This document shows, in pieces, positions 33,336 through 36,636 of a stretch of DNA of 36,636 nt. Every line of letters begins with the position of its first letter. Position 1 is the first letter of the stretch. A program made the position numbers and the translations under genes. The stretch spans positions 1 through 36,636 of IMG/VR virus record IMGVR_UViG_3300025409_000011; one strand, 5' to 3'. Source of the stretch: a virus. Its lineage: Duplodnaviria > Caudoviricetes. The notes under the pieces are model-generated. The model did no database searches. It was not told the DNA's origin and was given only the letters and a program-made list of their open reading frames with translations.

Positions 33336-33989
33336 ATGGCGAACATCACGAAAGTCTGGACGCCCAAGAACGTCATCCTGAATCCTGCGGAGGTTTTCAT
33401 CGATGTGCAGGCGCCGGTTTCGGCGATCCCGCCCACACTGGGCACCAATATCTGGGCGGCTTCGGGAACGTACAGCATCGATACTACTGGCCAGCCCATG
33501 GACAATGGCAGTTCCGGAGTCTATGCGGGCGCGACAGCGGGGCCGTTGGTGGCGAGCGCGGCGCTGAAGTTTGACGAGATTCGATCAGATGCCCACGGCG
33601 CGCGTATTGACGCGGCGTTCATCAGCGCTGCCTGCGACCTGGAATTTACGGCGAATGAGTTACTGCTTTCGAACCTGGCGAAGTACCTGCCGGCGGCGGG
33701 CGCCTACACCGACGTCGTACTCGGTGCCAACCCTGCGGCGGACTTCCTGCAGATTGGCTCGCCGCAAAGTGCCAACGTTACGTTCCACAGTTTTCTTTTC
33801 ACTTCGCCGGACCACGGCGCGGCGGGGAAATTCATCGTCGCACAGTTCTATCGATGCCTGCTGATGGGTCCGATCCCGCTGGCCTTTGACCGCAAAAAGA
33901 TCACGCAGCAGAAAATCAAGGTGCGCGCGTATCTCGATCTAACGCGGGTTGCCGGCGATATGGTTGGGCAGATTGTGAAGACGCTGTGA
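33336..33989 (+). CDS. tail tube-like protein 1
   Basis: GAT.GP, size, synteny; paralog of next gene. Confidence 0.7.
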   Translation: MANITKVWTPKNVILNPAEVFIDVQAPVSAIPPTLGTNIWAASGTYSIDTTGQPMDNGSSGVYAGATAGPLVASAALKFDEIRSDAHGARIDAAFISAACDLEFTANELLLSNLAKYLPAAGAYTDVVLGANPAADFLQIGSPQSANVTFHSFLFTSPDHGAAGKFIVAQFYRCLLMGPIPLAFDRKKITQQKIKVRAYLDLTRVAGDMVGQIVKTL

Positions 33990-33991
33990 GG

Positions 33992-34067
33992 GAAGTGACC
34001 AGTTATCAGTCCTCAGTAATCAGTAAAAACACTTACTGAGAACTGAAAACTGAAAACTGAAGACTTC
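33992..34067. repeat. TCAGT heptamer element 19 (full)
   Basis: gaagtga ccagtta (tcagtnn)3 aaacactt (actgann)4 acttc. Confidence 0.9.
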
Positions 34068-34083
34068 GTCTGGAGGTTCTCAA

Positions 34084-34935
34084 ATGGCCGCAGTTGTCAC
34101 CAAAGTTCCCGTACCCGCCAACGTCTGGCAGGGCACGGTGGATTTCTACATCGACTCGACGCCGCCGAGTTCAGAGGTCACGCCCACCCAGGCGGATGAA
34201 ATTGCTCTGGATGCCAACGGACAGCCCGCCTCGCTGCAGATGGCCGTGACCGCGGCGACCAACGCCTCGCCCATCGTCATTACCGGAGCTTCCACCACAG
34301 GCTTCGCCCTGAACGATATCGTGACCGTAGCCAGCGTCACTGGGAACACCAATGCCAACGGCATTTGGACGATTTCCGCGCTGGACGCGACGCACATCAC
34401 CCTAAAGGGCTCTGCGGGCAATGCCGCATGGATTTCCGGCGGCACGGTAACTCGCGGCGCGCACGTCGGCTTACTCGAAGGTCCCACCACCGTAACCCTC
34501 AATCCGAAAATCGAGGATATTGGCAGCGACTCGTTTGAAGGTCCACACGATGCTGCGCTGCAAAATGTGGAAGTGGATGTGGAGACGGTAATGAAGGAAG
34601 TGGACCTCTACAAACTGCTCGCGATGACTTCGAACTTGAACTATGGCAACTTTGCCGCGCTGCCAGCTGCGGGCGCCTACACGACGCTGGGGGTGCAGTT
34701 CGGCGGGGTGCAGTCAGCCTCGATGAACCTGCACCGCCTGATGTTTGTCGGACCCAATCGCGCGGCAGCGGGCAAGTGGATTTACGTCTATCTGTTCAAG
34801 GGCTACAACAGCGACCCGATTCAATTGACCTTCCATCGCTCTAAGGCGAATTTGTGGAAGGTGAAGTTTATGGGAGTGGCAGATCTCACTCGCGCCTTGG
34901 GCGATGAATTGTGCCATGTGGTCAAGACGAAGTAG
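34084..34935 (+). CDS. tail tube-like protein 2 with inserted beta domain
   Basis: Paralogous ends with 33336 gene; insert VTAATNASPIVIT...GNTNANG.WTI. Confidence 0.7.
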   Translation: MAAVVTKVPVPANVWQGTVDFYIDSTPPSSEVTPTQADEIALDANGQPASLQMAVTAATNASPIVITGASTTGFALNDIVTVASVTGNTNANGIWTISALDATHITLKGSAGNAAWISGGTVTRGAHVGLLEGPTTVTLNPKIEDIGSDSFEGPHDAALQNVEVDVETVMKEVDLYKLLAMTSNLNYGNFAALPAAGAYTTLGVQFGGVQSASMNLHRLMFVGPNRAAAGKWIYVYLFKGYNSDPIQLTFHRSKANLWKVKFMGVADLTRALGDELCHVVKTK

Positions 34936-34936
34936 G

Positions 34937-35007
34937 GAAGTTGTCAGTTTTCAGTCGTCAGTTCTCAGTGACTGGTTTTACTGGCTACTGACCACTGATG
35001 ACTGAAA
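34937..35007. repeat. TCAGT heptamer element 20 (full)
   Basis: gaagttg (tcagtnn)4 actggtttt actggct actgacc actgatg actgaaa. Confidence 0.9.
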
Positions 35008-35020
35008 ACGGGGGTTTTCC

Positions 35021-35500
35021 ATGAGCGAAAACGGCGCCGCCAAGCCAGAAGACTTTCGCAAAGCGTTCGAGAACCGCGAAGAAGTCGTGCGCCTGGTACT
35101 CCCCAAGTGCGGCTTGCCCGTGCTGGCCCGGCGGCTGTCTCCTCTGCGCGTGCTGCTGACCGGAAAGAAAATGGAAGAGGCCAAAGGGCTCGCCGACGCT
35201 GCTGCCCGCACCATGGCATTTTCCGACATCATGCTGGCGAGCATTCAGCAAATCCTGGTCCAGCCGCGCCTATCGCTAACACCAACCCCTAATCAGATCG
35301 ATCCCAACTGGGTGCCGCTCGAAGATGGCACGTTCCTGTTCGATTGGGGGCTCGGGTTGATCGGCGATGATGGAAAACCCTTCAGCGATTTTTTTCGCGC
35401 AAGAGGAGAGCCTGCTGCAACTAGCGCAGGTGGCGGAGAGCTTCCACACCAGGCCGAGCGCGATGCTGGAATTGACGGGGGCTCCGGCAATCCAACTTGA
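35021..35500 (+). CDS. tail assembly chaperone (G-like)
   Basis: Between tail tube and tape measure; T7 slippery run near 3' end. Confidence 0.75.
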   Translation: MSENGAAKPEDFRKAFENREEVVRLVLPKCGLPVLARRLSPLRVLLTGKKMEEAKGLADAAARTMAFSDIMLASIQQILVQPRLSLTPTPNQIDPNWVPLEDGTFLFDWGLGLIGDDGKPFSDFFRARGEPAATSAGGGELPHQAERDAGIDGGSGNPT

Positions 35501-35558
35501 TTATGCGGCCGCCCAAGCATTCTGGCGCTGGCAGGCTGAAGTTTTCAAAGAGCAGTGA
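35388..35558 (+). CDS. frameshift extension of chaperone (T-like)
   Basis: +1/-2 frame reached at GATTTTTTTC; FHTRPS..L...A.QLDYAAA; stops 6 nt before tape measure. Confidence 0.6.
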   Translation: MFFAQEESLLQLAQVAESFHTRPSAMLELTGAPAIQLDYAAAQAFWRWQAEVFKEQ

Positions 35559-35564
35559 GGATCC

Positions 35565-36636
35565 GTGGGTGATTCCACTTTAGGGCTGCTGTTCACCATC
35601 GACGCTGACGCTTCCAACGCGCAGCAAGCAGTCGACCAATTTGCAGGGAATGTAGGGACCGGGTTTAACCAAGCGGCCGGCGCTACCAAACCGTTGAACG
35701 ACGCCCTGCTGAGCAACCGCGAAACCGTGCGGCTGCTTTCCGAAGAGGCGGGGGTGCACCTTCCCCGCGCCGTCTCGAGCGCGATCGCGAAAATGCTCCC
35801 CGACATCGCGAGTCTCGGCACCGCATTCCTCGGCGTGTTTGCGGTCGAGGAAGTGATCAGGTTTGCCGAAAAGGTGCATAAGCTCGCCGATGAATTCAAC
35901 GGAGTCGCCGCCGCGCAGAAGGTCATGGCCGCGGCCGCGCGAGAGAACGACTCGATCATGGAGAGCCTGGCGAAACATAGCTTGGATTACGCCAGGACCC
36001 AAGCAAGCCTTTTGGTCGCACAGGTAGCCCAGGAAGAAGCCACCATCCAACGGCTCAAGGACACCGAAGATGGAACCGGTCGGCTGAACACTATGACCGG
36101 GCAGCTTGTCCAGGCCTATCACTTCTGGTTTGGCGAGTCTAAAAACCTGGCGGCGGCCGAGAAACAGTTGGCCGAGGATCAGAAGCTCCGCGATTCGGTC
36201 GTCAAAATCCTGGGCGAAGATGAGGACAAACAGCATAAGAAGAACAAGCAGGCAGCAGAGAAGGCTGCAGCGGCGGAGGCGCGCCGCCTTGAGGCTTTGA
36301 ATAGATTCAATCAGGAATTGGTGAAGGAACAGGCGCACTACGAGAAGCTCTGGGAGACCATGTCGAAGCATGATGCTGCCGAGCAGCTCGAGCTCGAAAA
36401 AGAAGCGGACAAAGCTCTCGGCCTGCATTCGAAGCACATCGGCGAAGCGGTTGGCCTCTTCACCCAACTCGGCGATGCTCAGTGGAAACTCACTGATGCC
36501 GAGAAGAACGCGCTGCCCTGGCTCGCCCTCGAGAATGACAAGCTAGTCCAGATGTCGCAGCGGAGCAAGGAAATCACCGAGGAGATTCAAAACCGAGACA
36601 TCCCGGCGCGCCGCAAAATCGAGCTCGAATACGAGC
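35565..36636 (+). CDS. tape measure protein (3' truncated; not in ORF track)
   Basis: GAGG + GTG; MGDSTLGLLFTIDADASNAQQAV..., Ala/Glu/Lys-rich helical, open to window end. Confidence 0.85.
   Translation, partial: MGDSTLGLLFTIDADASNAQQAVDQFAGNVGTGFNQAAGATKPLNDALLSNRETVRLLSEEAGVHLPRAVSSAIAKMLPDIASLGTAFLGVFAVEEVIRFAEKVHKLADEFNGVAAAQKVMAAAARENDSIMESLAKHSLDYARTQASLLVAQVAQEEATIQRLKDTEDGTGRLNTMTGQLVQAYHFWFGESKNLAAAEKQLAEDQKLRDSVVKILGEDEDKQHKKNKQAAEKAAAAEARRLEALNRFNQELVKEQAHYEKLWETMSKHDAAEQLELEKEADKALGLHSKHIGEAVGLFTQLGDAQWKLTDAEKNALPWLALENDKLVQMSQRSKEITEEIQNRDIPARRKIELEYE

Larger units (their letters stand above)
3..36636 (+). mobile_element. Mu-like transposable (pro)phage, siphovirus-type tail, right part truncated
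   Basis: Repressor/Ner-like switch, DDE transposase + AAA ATPase, GemA-like, Mu gp26-27-28-29 style packaging order, protease I, capsid, tail tubes, tape measure; no sheath gene between neck and tape measure. Confidence 0.93.

Noticed and set aside
2288-35007. Heptamer elements as CRISPR repeats
   Set aside because: Dispersed, non-identical, separated by whole genes; no constant spacer length or cas genes
6828-35007. Heptamer elements as integron attC sites
   Set aside because: No RYYYAAC...GTTRRRY ends or integron integrase; they flank core virion genes
6828-35007. Heptamer elements as intrinsic terminators
   Set aside because: AT-rich interrupted stems, no consistent U-tract, located inside co-directional operons directly before start codons
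35580-36467. 295-aa minus-strand ORF
   Set aside because: Antisense shadow of the tape measure gene

Overview
The window is the left ~36.6 kb of a Mu-like (transposable) temperate phage or prophage with a non-contractile tail, cut off inside the tape-measure gene. Gene order: probable left end (TG start, repeated CAAGCGAC sites, IHF site), XRE repressor with a divergent Ner/Cro-like gene, DDE transposase A, a C5 DNA methyltransferase with a nested out-of-frame partner ORF, MuB-like ATPase, small early genes, GemA-like and Fis-type regulators, a lysis region (GH73 endolysin, membrane proteins, papain-like peptidase), terminase, a portal-gpF fusion, gpG, three signal-peptide-bearing inserts, protease I, cement, capsid, neck, two paralogous tail tubes, a frameshifted chaperone and the tape measure. 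The most striking unexplained structure is a dispersed gene-junction element, gaAGTnn-(TCAGTnn)2-4-loop-(ACTGAnn)3-5-ACT. I count 20 copies: 16 full inverted pairs and 4 lone arms. All sit at gene boundaries, and many supply stop codons, ribosome-binding sites or even start codons. Several other heptamer/octamer and REP-like families are also present, some inserted in frame in essential proteins and some split into complementary halves that bracket genes. All family assignments come from motif recognition by eye and synteny, not database searches.
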